Shown: positions 26,970 to 40,116 of the stretch, piece by piece
Position numbering within the stretch: position 1 is the stretch's first letter
Layout: every line of letters starts with the position of its first letter
Assembly: GCA_018398765.1 (NCBI GenBank)
Contig: JAHBMJ010000139.1
Coordinates: 1-55,590 of the forward strand
DNA: 55,590 nt
Source of the DNA: Chromera velia
Taxonomy: Eukaryota
Reading direction: 5' to 3'
Position numbers and translations under genes: made by a program
Notes under the pieces: model-generated
Told to the model about the DNA's origin: nothing
What the model saw: the letters and a program-made list of their open reading frames with translations, nothing else
Databases searched by the model: none

Positions 26970-27116
26970 AATAAAATACCGTCGATTATACCAGAAAATT
27001 GATATAATGTATAAGACTAGATGTAAGGTGTCATATAGAACCTTTTTCCTAGCCGTTTTTATCTATCTAAACAGTTTTTTCATTACATGATGATGTTAGT
27101 GATGATGACTGTACTA

Positions 27117-28196
27117 TCAAGGGATAATGAAAGGAGTTGATGCATGGTGAGGTTTTGGCGTCGCATCATTTTGAAACCTGGGATCAACGTCTTCTTCTGC
27201 CATATTTCTCCCGGATGACACGCGGAGCCTGCGTTCTTCAGTTTTGGAATCCGACCGGGACTGAAAGATCCGTGCCCTCTGTTGAACTGTAAGACGAGAG
27301 CAATCATGCACTCCCCTTTCTGGGGCTTCCTCTAAAATCCCGGAAAGACTGACGGCTCCTCTGGCAGCCTCACTGGCACCGGCAGGCTGTGTCTCTCCCG
27401 TCTCAAGCAGCGCCTTCATTGCCACCTCCCCCTGCAGACTGCCCGAAGACCAACTCGGACCACTTGCAGGGTGACTGTCATCTCTCTCTTTATCCATATC
27501 TTCCCTTCCACTGAAACCGCTTTTGTCTTGCCTCAATGTACCCTTCAGAGCTGGAGAAGCAGTCGGAGACAGCCCCAGAGTCACAGTCATCGATCGGACA
27601 GACCGCGCAAGACCAGTCACTCTTTTTGTGCTGGTCACCCACACATGTCGGACACTGGTCGTTTTCAAGTTCACGTATAGCGCCACACAGGCTAACAGAA
27701 TTCCGAAAAAAGTCGTGCCCAAGTTCACCCAAGCCAGGCCCAAGTCGAGACTGTTCTCATGTAACTTCTCCCAGGCCCCAGCTGTTAGAATCGCCATCAT
27801 AACAAGGATGACGATCTCGCATACCAAACCCACACCGTGAATCAGCACGCTGTCCGTACTCGAATGATCTGCACGCACAATGTCATGATGAAGCTCGCCT
27901 GTGACACTAACAATGGGGGTTACCTCCTACATCAGGCAATCTAGCTTGCATCCATGAGATGTGTCATGCTAGATGCGACAGCGACAATGCATTTGAAGAT
28001 GGACGCACCAGGGGGAAAAGAGGAGNNNNNNNNNNNNNNNNNNNNNNNNAGAGACAGAGACAGAGACAGAGACAGACACAGACACAGAGACAGACACAGG
28101 GACAGGGACAGAGACAGAGACAGAGACAGAGACAGACAGAGAGACAGAGAGACGGAGAGACTTAGAGACAGAGAGAGAGAAGAGAGAGAGAGGAGA

Positions 28197-28233
<37 letters not shown>

Positions 28234-28259
28234 GGAGAGAGAGAAAAGAGAGAGAGAGA

Positions 28260-28301
<42 letters not shown>

Positions 28302-30558
28302 GAGAGAACGAAAGAGGGAGAGGGTAAGGAAGAAAAAGAGAGAGTAATTAACTTCAAAGGAAGAAATAGAGCGAGAGCGAGAGAGGGAGAGAGAGTAAGG
28401 AAGAAAGAGAGAGGGTAAGGAAGAAATAGAGCGAGAGCGAGAGAGCGAGAGAGAGCGAGAGAGAGCGAGAGAGAGCGAGAGCGACAGAGAGAGCGAGAGA
28501 GAGAGGGAGAGAAAAGGAGAGATAGACACGCGTAGAGGAAGACTGAGAGTTGCACAACCGGAGACCCACTATTGCAAACGTAGATGAAAGTAAACACGAA
28601 AAAGTCGACGATGCCGAACACCAGAAGGACGCTGGCCAGTCCAATTTGGACTTCTCTGGTCAACGTCGTGGGAGAGTTTAGGTAGAGGAACCCTCCAGCA
28701 ATGTCCGAGCTTACATCCAAGAAGGAGCTCATGATCTTCACCCACCTGGAGAACAACGCATAGCAGACGAAAACTATGAGATCGATCCTTTTAGCACTGT
28801 CGAGCCTCTGGATTGTTTGCAAGGAGCGCGTCAATACGTTCTTTGCCGTATTCCAAAATGCAGTCATGATTGATTGCGCATCTACACAAACCCCTGACGT
28901 TTTCCATTGACCAGCCGTTCATGCTCAGACAAACAGCGAGGATGCCTCTGGAAAAAAAGGGAACTTAATGAAGCTCCAATCAAAAGAAGAAAAACAATCC
29001 ATCCGCACAGGAAGAAAGACCGCATGGATGGACCCACCAGAGAACAGCACAGTGCAGCGGCGTCTTTGCGAGTTTGGGTGACACGAGGCGAATCAAATTC
29101 TCAGTGCACCCACGCGCTGCAGAATCGACTTGAGCTCTTCCCATCTGCAATTATACAACGTAGAACATTACATCATCATCATCATCAAGAATATGGAATG
29201 GATCCGATTGCTGCCGCAAAAAAAATCAGAAAGAACCTCAAAGGAAGATAGACTCGGATCACCACAACCAATTAAACTTTTGGGTCGAATTCATGCAAAT
29301 CACCTTGCTTGTCTGTCTTGGTCTCTGTCTCAAACTGAGGGGATAGTTGAATTAAAAAAAAAACGAGGAAGGACCCTGCCCCCCCGCAAAACAAAGACAG
29401 GTTACTACTCCTCTGTTGGGCCGGCAGCTCTGTATGCGGCTCTCGCCGATGACTCTTCTTTTGTGCCAGTAATTGTGCATATTTACCTCCGCAGTCCATG
29501 TGTGAGTGCATCTTTTTATTCTTTCGCACCAACCATGAGTCAAATCACGCCCACACTATCCCAGCCTGTCCACGTGTGTGCCAATGCAGCAACGACAGAC
29601 AGCCCTTCACTCCAAGCCTGTGTGTGGAAACTTCAATGCGGAGGTGTGGATGACCAAAACAATACATACAGGACATGTCAGATGCAGTAATCAATTGTTT
29701 TGCAGATGCTGAACGCCCCCCCATGCATGCACGACTTCATTCTGTCCATCGACCCACCTTCTCCTCATGGTTCTCTGCTGCCTCCCGTCTCCATCTCTTC
29801 TCGTTGACAATATGTTGCTCCAACCCCCTGATGTGGGCCATCGACACAGTTTGGGCCCCTGTGATCACCGCCACACAAGCGTACGTCTCCATGAGGGACC
29901 GTGTTCCTAGGGGCGTTAGGTAAAAATTCAGAATGGCAAATGCACCCCCTCCAAAACCTCCCAAGAGTCTGGCGCCAATCTTCCAACCTTCGTACGCGAA
30001 CATAGGCAAAAACCACTCTGATATTCCGATTGGTATGCCAAAAAGCGAGAACACACCCACTGACATGGCTAACTGCCGTTCGGAACCAGAGAGGTTTTCG
30101 GAGTCCGTGATGAAGATGATGGGGGAAACAGCTCCGGCAAGCAACGCAACAAATGAGAGCGCACACAGGGCGATGACCTGATATCTGCACCCCTTCTCCC
30201 ACAGGTTTTCCAATGAGTACGCACTGAGTGGCGGGATGGAGCAGAGACAACGGGGAGACGCCTGGGTGTCCTCAGATTTCGACCGTTCTTCTTCCTCTCC
30301 TTCTTTTCCTTCTTCATCGCCTTCTCCTTCTTGATTCTGCTGCTGCTGCTGTTGCAGTGGACGAGACAAGTCCTGGACAGATGGCGTCTGCCCGAGTTCT
30401 TTTTCGACCACTAGCGCTGAACAATGGCCGAAGAAGCGTCCCTTCCTGTCTCCCTGCTCCAATCTGTGCGGCTCCACCCCATCCTCTCTGTCAGAGCAAT
30501 TTCCTCTTTCTGGGGGGTCTCCTGAGGTACCTAGAAGTTTCGATGGCGAGGCTTCCAT
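27117..30558 (-). CDS. Hypothetical multipass membrane protein (~640 aa if one gene)
   Basis: Phase-compatible exons 30558-29758, 29617-29557, 28881-28570 and 27868-27117, with several hydrophobic helices in exons 1, 3 and 4. It could be two genes; there is an N gap in the last intron. Confidence 0.5.
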
Positions 30559-31223
30559 TTGTGTGACAGATCAACGAATGGGCAAAATGTGGCATGTCAT
30601 TCGCATTTCTTCGTATGTATATATATATAGAGAGAGTATGCACACATATATATAAATATGATTCTCTGAGCGGTTGCAGACCCGGAGGGTATAAGTAATC
30701 AGCGTGAATGAAGACTCGTGGGCAGAAGTGCAGTCTCACTATGAAGGCTGAGACAAATTCATGGAAGCTTTTTCTTCGAAAAGAGAATTAAGTCTGCGTC
30801 TACAAAGGTCAGTCACTGCATGCATGCAATAGTGACTAGTCCAAGCGCGCGTTTTGCGCGCGCGCGCCTGCATGCCGATCAAAATTTGTCAGACGTGCGT
30901 GCAGGTAGGTTGACTCATGGTTGACACAGACATGCAGAAATGAGTCAGATTCAAGGAAGAACCTTCCTTCGATCAATCATTCAATATCATTTCAATATAT
31001 ATCATTCAATGTGTATACGTCCGGGATTTTTCACACAAAGAGGGTAGCAGAGAAAGCTAACGTGTACGCCCTCTTCTCACTTTTCTGGTCCATACAGAAG
31101 ATCTGACAGTTTCGGCTTGAATGTTCGCGAGATCAAAGTGAAATGAGGTAGGTGACTGGAAAAGGAGACTGGGGGTTCTTGTTTTACGAAACAGCAGGAA
31201 GAAGGGGAAGAGTCAGCTGGAGG

Positions 31224-32186
31224 ATGCGAAATCTTCTCTGGGCTCTTGCTTCCCTTTTAGGGGCAGCTCTCTCTTCCAGTCCTGCGCTAGCTGGATTGTC
31301 CGCAGTGGCTCCCCAGAGGAGGCGCCTTAGCGGAAAAAAAGTGCAACAGGAGAGCGGACACTCACGGCCTACGTATCTTTCCTTTGCTGCTGTTGCCAGC
31401 TTCCTGAAAAGAAAAATAATCGGCGATCCTTCCGAGTGCACTTGCGAATGCTGTGCTACAGTTGTTCGCTGGGGCAATCACAAAGACGGTCAGTGTGCAC
31501 GTGAACTTTGGCGATTTTTTTCGCCTCTTGTCGATCGGGTCATTTTCTTTGGGTGCCTGTGAAAGGAACTTCCCAATCGTTCTTGCAGGAAAACACAAAT
31601 ATATGTGCGGAGTTGCTTTCGGTGGACCAGCTCAATGTGGCGTGGTGCGTAAGTGGACTCTCAGGCAGACCCTTGTGATAGTGATGTGCACATGCAGATA
31701 GACCCGCTCGAGTCCCTTTCCTACTCCCCACTGTTGTCCAGCCGTCTCCTCTCTCTTTCTCAGCCCGTCTCGTTCAGCTCTCCAAAGCTGTCCGCGAGGC
31801 TGGGGGCCAGAAACCAGCCGCTGTACCCTTTTGTTGACGTACTGTCTGATCTCTAGCAAGTGGACTGTCGTTTCCCTCCTTCACCATCCGTGTACTTCAG
31901 TTTCTTCTCGTCGTTTACAATGGCAGAATCATACCCCAAAGCCTTCCTTCGTTCGTTCACTCTCCTGGTGTCCGCCTTCCCTCATCCATCCGTTCTCTCT
32001 CTGCAGGGAGCACCGGAAGACGAACTGCCGCAGTGCACCCTGCCGACAGACGACAAAGTCCTGACATGGGCAACCGCGGAGGACGTGGTGGACCTGGGGA
32101 GGTGGTGCAGGTGCGTGCGTCAGTAGATTACTGGAATGAACTAGAGCTAGTCGGAATTGAGGGGAGTCAGAGAGATGACAAAGGTT

Positions 32187-32245
<59 letters not shown>

Positions 32246-32527
32246 CTTTGCTTGGGGAGATGGTGAGGGTGGGTGGGAATCTTGGTTGGACGGTCTATCT
32301 ATCCGTCCATCTGTCTGTGCGAATCAGGGAGGAAGAAGAAGGGGAAAAGAAACTTAGGGGACTGTGTGTGGATGTGTCTTTGTGTCTCTTTGTCTGTCTG
32401 TGTGAACCAAGAAAAGACAGCGATATTGTCTGTGAGGTTGTGAAAGAGCTTAGGCTTCTGCAACCTTTCTCTTTTGCCATCCCTGAAATGGCAATGCGGA
32501 ATTCAAACTTCTGGTCCTCTTCTGTTC

Positions 32528-32565
<38 letters not shown>

Positions 32566-33527
32566 GTCTCTCTCTTTCGCTCTTTGTCCTGTTCCCTTCT
32601 CTTTTTTTTCTGCTGACCTACCGAATTCCCGAACGGTTCCCTTTGATTGTCTTCTGCCTCCCGCAAAATCTACTCAGTGAGAAGAAGCGATGTTTATTTT
32701 TTTTTCAGGGCCCCCGCATGCCTGTCCTTCAAAGTTTTGGCTTGTTTCTGTTTTCTGTCAGTAGATCGGATCAATGAGCAGTCCCTGCTTCAGTTTTTCG
32801 ACGCTGCCTATCTCTCGTTTTAATCGCTCGTCCACTTCTTCTGTTCTCTTCTCGCACGATCGATTTGTTGCGTTCATATACGTATGATGTGTTCATATAC
32901 CCTGCATAAGATGTGCGATCACGCATGTATAATGTGTTCTCCTCTCCTCGCATTCCCACACGGGTTGTGTTCGGTTCCTTCAGGAATGCTGAGGATGTCC
33001 AAGCAGATCCTCTCTTGGTCGGTCAGCCCGTGTGTCTGTTTTTCTGTCTAGCTGTCTCTTGTATGCATGTGTCAGCTAGGCAGCTGTCTCACTAGGTTTT
33101 GCCGAGAGGGAAAAATGGATGGATGGACGGATGGATGGACGAAGATTCACGTGAGGCTGCTCGATCAGCAATGCTCTGAAAAAGGAAGGAAATCTACAGC
33201 ACTCGGCCGACTTGTCTGCTCCCACTCTTCATTATTTTATGCTTCATCGGGTGTGTTGATTGATCATCCGGACCCTCTGCCTGCCTGCCTGCCTGCCCGC
33301 TTGTCCCTTGCTCGCAGAACAACGGTACGAACACGACGCTCTTCTCCCTCCACATGCCGGATGGCTGGACGAATCAGACCACAGTCGACGGGGCCCCTCC
33401 GGCAACTGACGCACACGGCCAGCCTCTGATCTCGACGTTGGAGGAGACTGTGGGTGGTGTGGGGGGAGGGTTGAGAACAGAGCCGCAAAAGGACGTGCGT
33501 GCACGGCGGCACTCATCGGGGGTCTGA
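31224..33527 (+). CDS. Secreted cysteine-rich protein
   Basis: Signal peptide MRNLLWALASLLGAALSSSPALA, then ECTCECC…YMCG…QCG…PQCTLPTDDKVL…VDLGRWCR. Exons 31224-31488, 31589-31644, 32007-32110, 32984-33017 and 33318-33527; an exon may be missing between the third and fourth. Confidence 0.65.
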
Positions 33528-34448
33528 GTTGACGAGTTGTGCAGAGAAGAGAGGAGGATGTGGGTTTTGTTTTCCTGTCTGTCCGGAGGGAGGGAGTGGA
33601 AGGAACAAACAGGGGAGGTGCAGTGTGACCCTACATACTTATGGGAGTTGACTACCATATTGCGAGGGATTCGAATAAACATCAACAAATGGGGAGAGAA
33701 TATGAGATCAGAGAGATGAGGGTGTACGTGGGAGTGCTGGGGGATGAAGACGCTACTCGGATGAGAATTTGATCTCGACTGACGGAATGACGTCTGCATG
33801 ATCTTCTGTCGACCTGGCTGTGTATCTTTTGATACCCTTCAATCAGAAGAAGGTCTGACGGAAGATAGAAAGCGAAGAAAAGTGATGACACAGCAAGGAT
33901 CTGCACCAGAGAGACACTCACAATCAACAGAGAAAAGAAAACAGAAGAGATCAGTCGTCTTTGTTGTTCAGTCGAAATGAATTTCATTCTCGTCATTCAA
34001 GAGCTCGCACCCCCACCCTCCGACGTCCCTGGAAATCGTTTTTGTGTCCGCTCTTGAATTGCTCTCTCTCCATCGGTAGTGCCCCGCGCCCCAAGCCTAC
34101 TTCAATCTCTTCTTCGGCATGGAAACAGGGAGATCAAATTCAAGCGTGAGTCAGAACAATTGTTGTTACAATGTTGTAGAAGAGAATTAACAAAAACACG
34201 TAAAAACATGTTGGAGTCAGTGTTCTAACCGTGTTTGGCTTGAGTGTAATGCAGTTTTAAACATATTCCTTGAGGAGTATATCTAGGAGTATATACTAAC
34301 CATTCTATCATATGTCTTATCATGTCTAATCATGTTGTACATATCATCATCATCATCCTATGTTATCATAACGTCAGTAAACTTATGAATGGCCCTGCAT
34401 GTGGAAAACAAGAAAAAGCGGTGTATGCGATATATGATGATTGAGAGT

Positions 34449-35185
34449 GTATGCGACTACCTCCCTGACACTACCAGCCACTTGAAAGAAAAACGTTGAA
34501 GTTCATCCGCGAATACGACTTTTTCTTTTAAGAATTAATCTGCGTCGGCGGCCCAGACTTTCAAGACACTGTCCACGCCTGCAGTGCAGAGTTTCAAGAT
34601 ATAGTCCGCGTGTGCGGCGCAGACAAAAACCATCCGTGAGAGCGACATAAAATTCAAGTGGCTTATAGTGTCAGGGAGGTGACCCGGAGGTCTATGCGAC
34701 ATCGATTCACGCTCGCCGTAATTATAACTTACTACGGGTAAGGAACCGTTCACCATAGTAAGCAAAGAAGAGTTAATAGACATAGTTCGCATCTGCGGTA
34801 CAGATTTTCAAGACATAGTTCACATTTGCGGTGCAGACTTTCAAAAGATAGTCCATGTATGCGGCGTGGACTTTGAAGTCTATCCGTCAGAGTAAAAAAA
34901 TTTTTAAATGGCTTATAGTGTCGGGGAGATAGCACGCCGCATAACACGCCACATACCGCATTTGACGCATGCCATATTCGACTATATGGCGCTTTTCTGG
35001 ATCACTGAGACTAGCTTCAAACGGGAACTTTCCGGGGTTTTTTTTAATGCTAGGGGTAGCTAACGTTCTTAGATTGTTTCCTACAAGTGCCCCCCGCTTC
35101 GCTTTCCGGGGCCATGTGTTCATGGGCTCATGCAGCAGAAATTGTTTGGTAAGCGCCCCCCGCTTCGCTTTCCGGGGCCATAATA
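34449..35185. repeat. Complex degenerate repeat (probable transposon subterminal region)
   Basis: CTCCCTGACACTA..AGCCACTTGAA occurs at ~34460 (+) and at ~34655 and ~34905 (-). ~33-bp units like GACTTTCAAGACATAGTCCGCGTGTGCGGCGCA occur at 34556-34625 and 34780-34880. GCCCCCCGCTTCGCTTTCCGGGGCCAT occurs twice (~35089, ~35155). Confidence 0.7.
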
Positions 35186-35360
35186 ATCTTTGAGAAAATC
35201 GTGGAAGCATTTGACATGACCCGCTCTTCTGTTCACAGTGCATGCGGCAGCCCAGCAAGTGTTCTTCATCAATCTGTAAGACTTCCTTTTCTGATTCGAC
35301 ATCGCCTTCCTGTTGTTGCAAAACCTAGCTGCTGGTGTTCGTCATTTGATCGTTGACAGC

Positions 35361-37996
35361 ATGAGTCTTTGTCTTGTGAGCCTTATTCTGGCAGTTGGAT
35401 TCTGCCTCTGCCTTCCTGTGGCAGGTTCTGCTCCCTCCTCTGTCCTTCCACAGGCACAGAAGGAAGTCCGGGACGTGCTCTCTAGAGGGAGAGCTCTCCA
35501 AACAGGTGGGCAACCTTCCCTCTTTTGTGTTCCTTCATTCAACCCACATCCCCGTCTCCGTCTCGCAGAACGATTTGGCCTGAAAGCGCATTGCGTGGGT
35601 TCCTTCTCCTCCTCATACACCCATCCATGGATTCGTCCGCCCTTTCTTTCTTTGTGAACGCGGACTCGGGGGTGACGCACGCACGCACCTGTTCGACCTC
35701 TTCCATCCGCTTTTGCTCATCGACTCTGAGGAGAGGTATCTTTGCCTGCTGTCATCAATTGTGGAGTAGCGGTGTCGACGGCCGTCTTTGTCGATCATTC
35801 TTTTCACTTTCCCTGGTCTGTATGCAGAGACATGCGAGGTGCCCGCTAATGTTACCACCATGTTCAGCAGCCGTCTCCATCCTCTGCTCGCGCGGGAAGG
35901 GAAGAGATGCCCCCGCCGCTGACTTCCATCAGGACAGGCGAACAACCACGCGCAGTGTATCTGGAGTGTCCTGAGGGGCACGAGTGCGCAGTTTGGAAGA
36001 AATGGGTGGGCGCGTGGTCGAGAGCAACCCCGTACTCGTGCTACTTCGACGTGGAGTGCGTCGACGGACAGCTGAGGGTCGCGACAGAGGATAGCTGGAG
36101 GCACCTGAACGTCACCTGCACAGGTGGGGGGGGGAGGACTTGGCAAGCAAAGAGGTGCATGTCTCGTTTTGCCTGTAAGGCAGTTTGCGCAACTGTCCGG
36201 CACGGTTGTGTGCGTATGTGTTGTTTGTATCTGTAGAGAGACGTACCGGTGTGTGATTGCACCTTCTCGTCACACAGACGGAGACGTATAGTTCCCACCG
36301 AACACGCAGTGGCCTCTCTTCTTCTTTTTCTGCTTTTTTTTGTTCACTGCTGCGAACCGGATGGACCCTTTCTCTCTCTCTTTCTGTGTCCTGAACCTCC
36401 TGGGTGGACGTGCATGTTCCCCTATACATCTACTGCATTTCTTCTTCCTTTCCTTTCCCTTCTTCAGATCCTGAGGAGAAATGCGACGTTCCTTCGGATC
36501 TCTCGGGGGTCTCCAACGAGGGGGGCTTTCTCCATCCTCTCCTGTCAGTGAAGTCGGAAGAGCCCCTCTCCCTCGGAATCGGAGAACAGAAAGTGGACCT
36601 CCAGTGCCCTCAGGGGTACCAGTGCGCTCGGTGGTGGGCTGAGAGCCAAAACTGGAGACCGCATTGCTACGCTTACATCGGGTGTGAAGAGGGCGAACTG
36701 AGGACTAGCAGTCCGGCGCACATTACCTGCTCCGGTGAGGTGGGGGGGAGCATCTCAATTGCTCTTTCTTTTCACAACGTCTTCCTTGCTTGTCAACTCT
36801 CGATCGAGTGATGTGACTGGTTTCCTCTCCATTCCCATTCTGCTTACCGACTCTGTGGTTGGTTGCACGCCTCAGCAAACCTTCCTTCCCCTGCTTTCCT
36901 GTTTTTGTAGGTCCAGATGGATTGATTGTTGGTGCTCGATCTCAGCGTGATTTTGCTGCCTGGCTACTCAGGGAGAGAGAGAGAGACAGACAGACAGGCA
37001 GGCAGGCCGGCAGGCAGATGGGCAGACGGACGGACGGGCAGAGAGATAGACCTTCAGCCTTCGCAGAAGGACTTGGAGTGAGAAGCGACGATCCAGGAAG
37101 AGTGCCCCATCCCGGCCGTCCGTGGAACCTCTCGAAGGAGGGCCGGTTGACACGCTGCATGCAGACTTCATACATGCATGTGTGAGCCTCTCTGTGCCGA
37201 GCTTTCCGTTTTTCAGCTTGATGAAAACATCATATTGACGTCTCAAGTCCATCTCGCTCCCTGTAATTTGCATGCAGAGACGAATCTTCTAGGTCAGGGT
37301 ATTGTTGAGCCTGTCGACCTGACCCCTCAGCTCCCCTCTGTGTTTGAGGGTCAGACTGGGTCCCCCCTTTCTGTCTCTGTGACAAGAGGGTTTCAGAACG
37401 CAACCGTGAACGCGGATTTTGATTTCTGTGGCGGGAGTACTTTTGAGGCGGGCGTGTGGTTCAGTCTCCGCGTGCCCTCTTCGAGCGGGGACGGCCCTTT
37501 GAGAGTTTCTGTTGACACCTGCACAGATACTTCCGTCAGTTACTCTGGGGAGGGAGCGGGGGCTTGTTACTTGATTGTCCTCTTTCCGCGCGGCGAAGCT
37601 CTCTGTTTTTTTCTGCCGCACTCTCTCTGGTCCTCTTCTTAAGGGAGTGAGCAGGGATTTGATCTTCCCTGCCTTCTTCTGCCAGGGTCTTTTCCCTCTT
37701 CTCTCTGTCTCCTTTTCTCTCTCTGTGTCTCATCTCTTTTTCCTTCCTTCCTTCTTGTCTGCCTGCAGATCGACACAGTGATGGGAGTCGTGGCAGGAGA
37801 GAACTGCGGGTCCAACGCGCTGATGTGTGAGTGCGTGGGGTTCAGCAACGACGACTGCGGCTATCAGTCTCGCGTCTCCTTTGAGGCCGAGGCCGGCAAG
37901 CAAGTGTTTGTTCTCGTCAGACCGTACAGAGCCAGCTGGAACAACCCAGACGATACCTTCACCCTCTCGGTAACTCTTGAGAGAACGAGCAGCTAA
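35361..37996 (+). CDS. Secreted protein with two Cys-rich modules and a C-terminal PPC-like beta-sandwich; apparent 1-nt frameshift in exon 2
   Basis: Signal peptide. Exons 35361-35505, 35828-36123, 36468-36734, 37278-37534 and 37769-37996. The two modules share C.VP…LHPLL…GEQ..V.L.CP.G..CA.W…CY….C..G.LR…TC. The last domain reads GVWF…VDTC…IDTVMGV..G..CG…NDDCGYQSRVSFEAEAG. Confidence 0.72.
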
Positions 37997-38672
37997 AGGA
38001 AGGCTTGGGAAGGATTGAGTGGTTTATTCAGAACCCAATCGGCATGTATGCAGAGAGAAGGAAGGAATTCAATTTCCTCCATTAAGTTTCGTTTTGATCA
38101 TGCAAAGGATCAATCACTCCGGAAAGAAAGACAGAACAGGTTGGTTGCATTACTCGTCCAGGACTGGGATTGGATTCCGAGTTTTTTTTTCTTGGCGTTT
38201 TGCCTGCAGGGAAAGTGCGAAGGGGATGTGAATGAGAGTTGAGGGAAAATATAGTACACAAACCGTGTGACAGGGAGAGATTCCTATGTTCTTAGTAGTG
38301 ATGGTGGAAAAAGGATTGGTTAGGGGTTTCACCTTCAGAGTATGTTCTATTCTATCCGGCCAGGGAAAGACAGAAGAAGGTTTCTAGGTAATGGATGGCA
38401 TGATTGATTTGATATCGGGGTGGTGGTGAGGCTCTTCGGTGATAGATGGAGAATGGAGCTGGCCCTGGGTGACCGAAAGTCCTGCACTTCAGATGTTTTC
38501 TCTGTCCTGTCTTTGCTTTCCTGGCAGAATTAAATGGATGCATGCATGCATGTGCGTATATATGTGGCTCTCTTTTTTCTTTGGCTGCCGATGTGTCATC
38601 TTTCCTTCGTTGAGTCTGTCCGAGAGCGCGTCAGAGAGAGTCGAACCCGCTAGCCTGAAGATGGATGCATGG

Positions 38673-38704
<32 letters not shown>

Positions 38705-39603
38705 GATGGATGAGGGCATGAAGTATGCGAGAGATCGATGGCTTTTCCGATATGCAGTCGAGTTGTCATCTGAATCGAAGTTGGGATGAAGAGAATAGGA
38801 AGGTCGTCATGTTTCATTTCTCAGTTCGCACTCCCCTATGATCGACGGGAAACAAGTGGTCGATGATGCGGTGCATCGCCTATCTGTCTGCGTGCGCACG
38901 GAGCAGTACATAACGATACGGATCCAACCTTGATTCGCCTTCCAAGAGAGTCAAGGAGCGAGCGGATACAGGGGGAGAAGTTTCAAGAGCGAAGTGGTTA
39001 GTAGCAGCCGGTGCAAGAGGGATTGGGGAGTTGAATTAAATTCAATGCGATCCGATGTACGTATCTTTTTCGATCAAAAGATCGTTCGACATCGGATTCT
39101 AGGTTCGATTGAGAGAGCCTGTCGACGTCATCATCATCATCATCATTATTATTATTGATTGGTCTGTAGGCCATCATACAATGCTATACAATGCATCATC
39201 ATTCACCATCGTCATCGGCCCATGGATGAGCGTCTAGCGTTCAGCTGGTTCGACACGCATGCAGTTAGACACACTGCCTGTTTACTTTTTGAACGGGCAA
39301 GTATCCTCTAGAATATCTTCCTGCCCAATAAAACCGTCATAACCACTAGCACAGACAACTGTAGACTTAGTGTAGAGTGATAAGTAAGTAAGTGATAAGT
39401 GATTTAGTGGTGCCCTTGAGCACTGTCGCCGTTTTGTCTTGTAGAGGCGTAATTTCAAGTAATTTGGTCGCCTAAATAAGTGATAAGTACTAGAATAAGC
39501 TAGAGAATAAGTGATTTATTCTAGGAGCTTATTGGCGCCTTAGATTGAGCACTGTCGCCGTTTTGTTTAGTAGAGGTCGCCTGGCTAGGAGGTCACCCCC
39601 GCA

Positions 39604-40116
39604 TGTTATAAACCATCCTGGTTTATACCTACTGTCTGGCTTACGTATGCTTGTGTGCGTTGCGGGTCAGCCTCGTCCCTTGCGGTGTAAGCAGTGCACC
39701 GCCCCTGCAATGCCTGTCAGTCGGCCCCGGATGGCATGCGTGCAGGCTTATGATAAGAACCATATTGGTGTATGATCTACTGGTAGGCTTAGCTGACAGA
39801 TTTATGCAGGTTGGACTCTATCAGTCAGGAGGAGTGTCATTCCATGCAGTACCAAACATAATTATAAAATAAGGACAACGATCATACTCTTTGGGTGTGA
39901 GGATACATATTGATCGATCAGTCGTTGCATGCCAATGCATGCAATAGGCCCGTACGCTACGGTACGCATGCCATCCAGGGCCGACTGACAGGCACTGCAG
40001 GGGCAGCGCACTGGTTGCACCGCAAGGGACGAGGCTGACTTGCGATGCACACAAGCATACACAAGCCAGCTTAGGCCCACCTAGACATTAGGTATGAACC
40101 AGGGTGGTTCATAACA
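39604..40116. mobile_element. MITE-like element with ~140-155-bp TIRs, TGT…ACA ends and 5-bp TSD (Ginger-like or integrase-type)
   Basis: 39604-~39743 is the inverted copy of ~39962-40116. Exact CCGCA duplication at 39599-39603 and 40117-40121. Confidence 0.88.
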
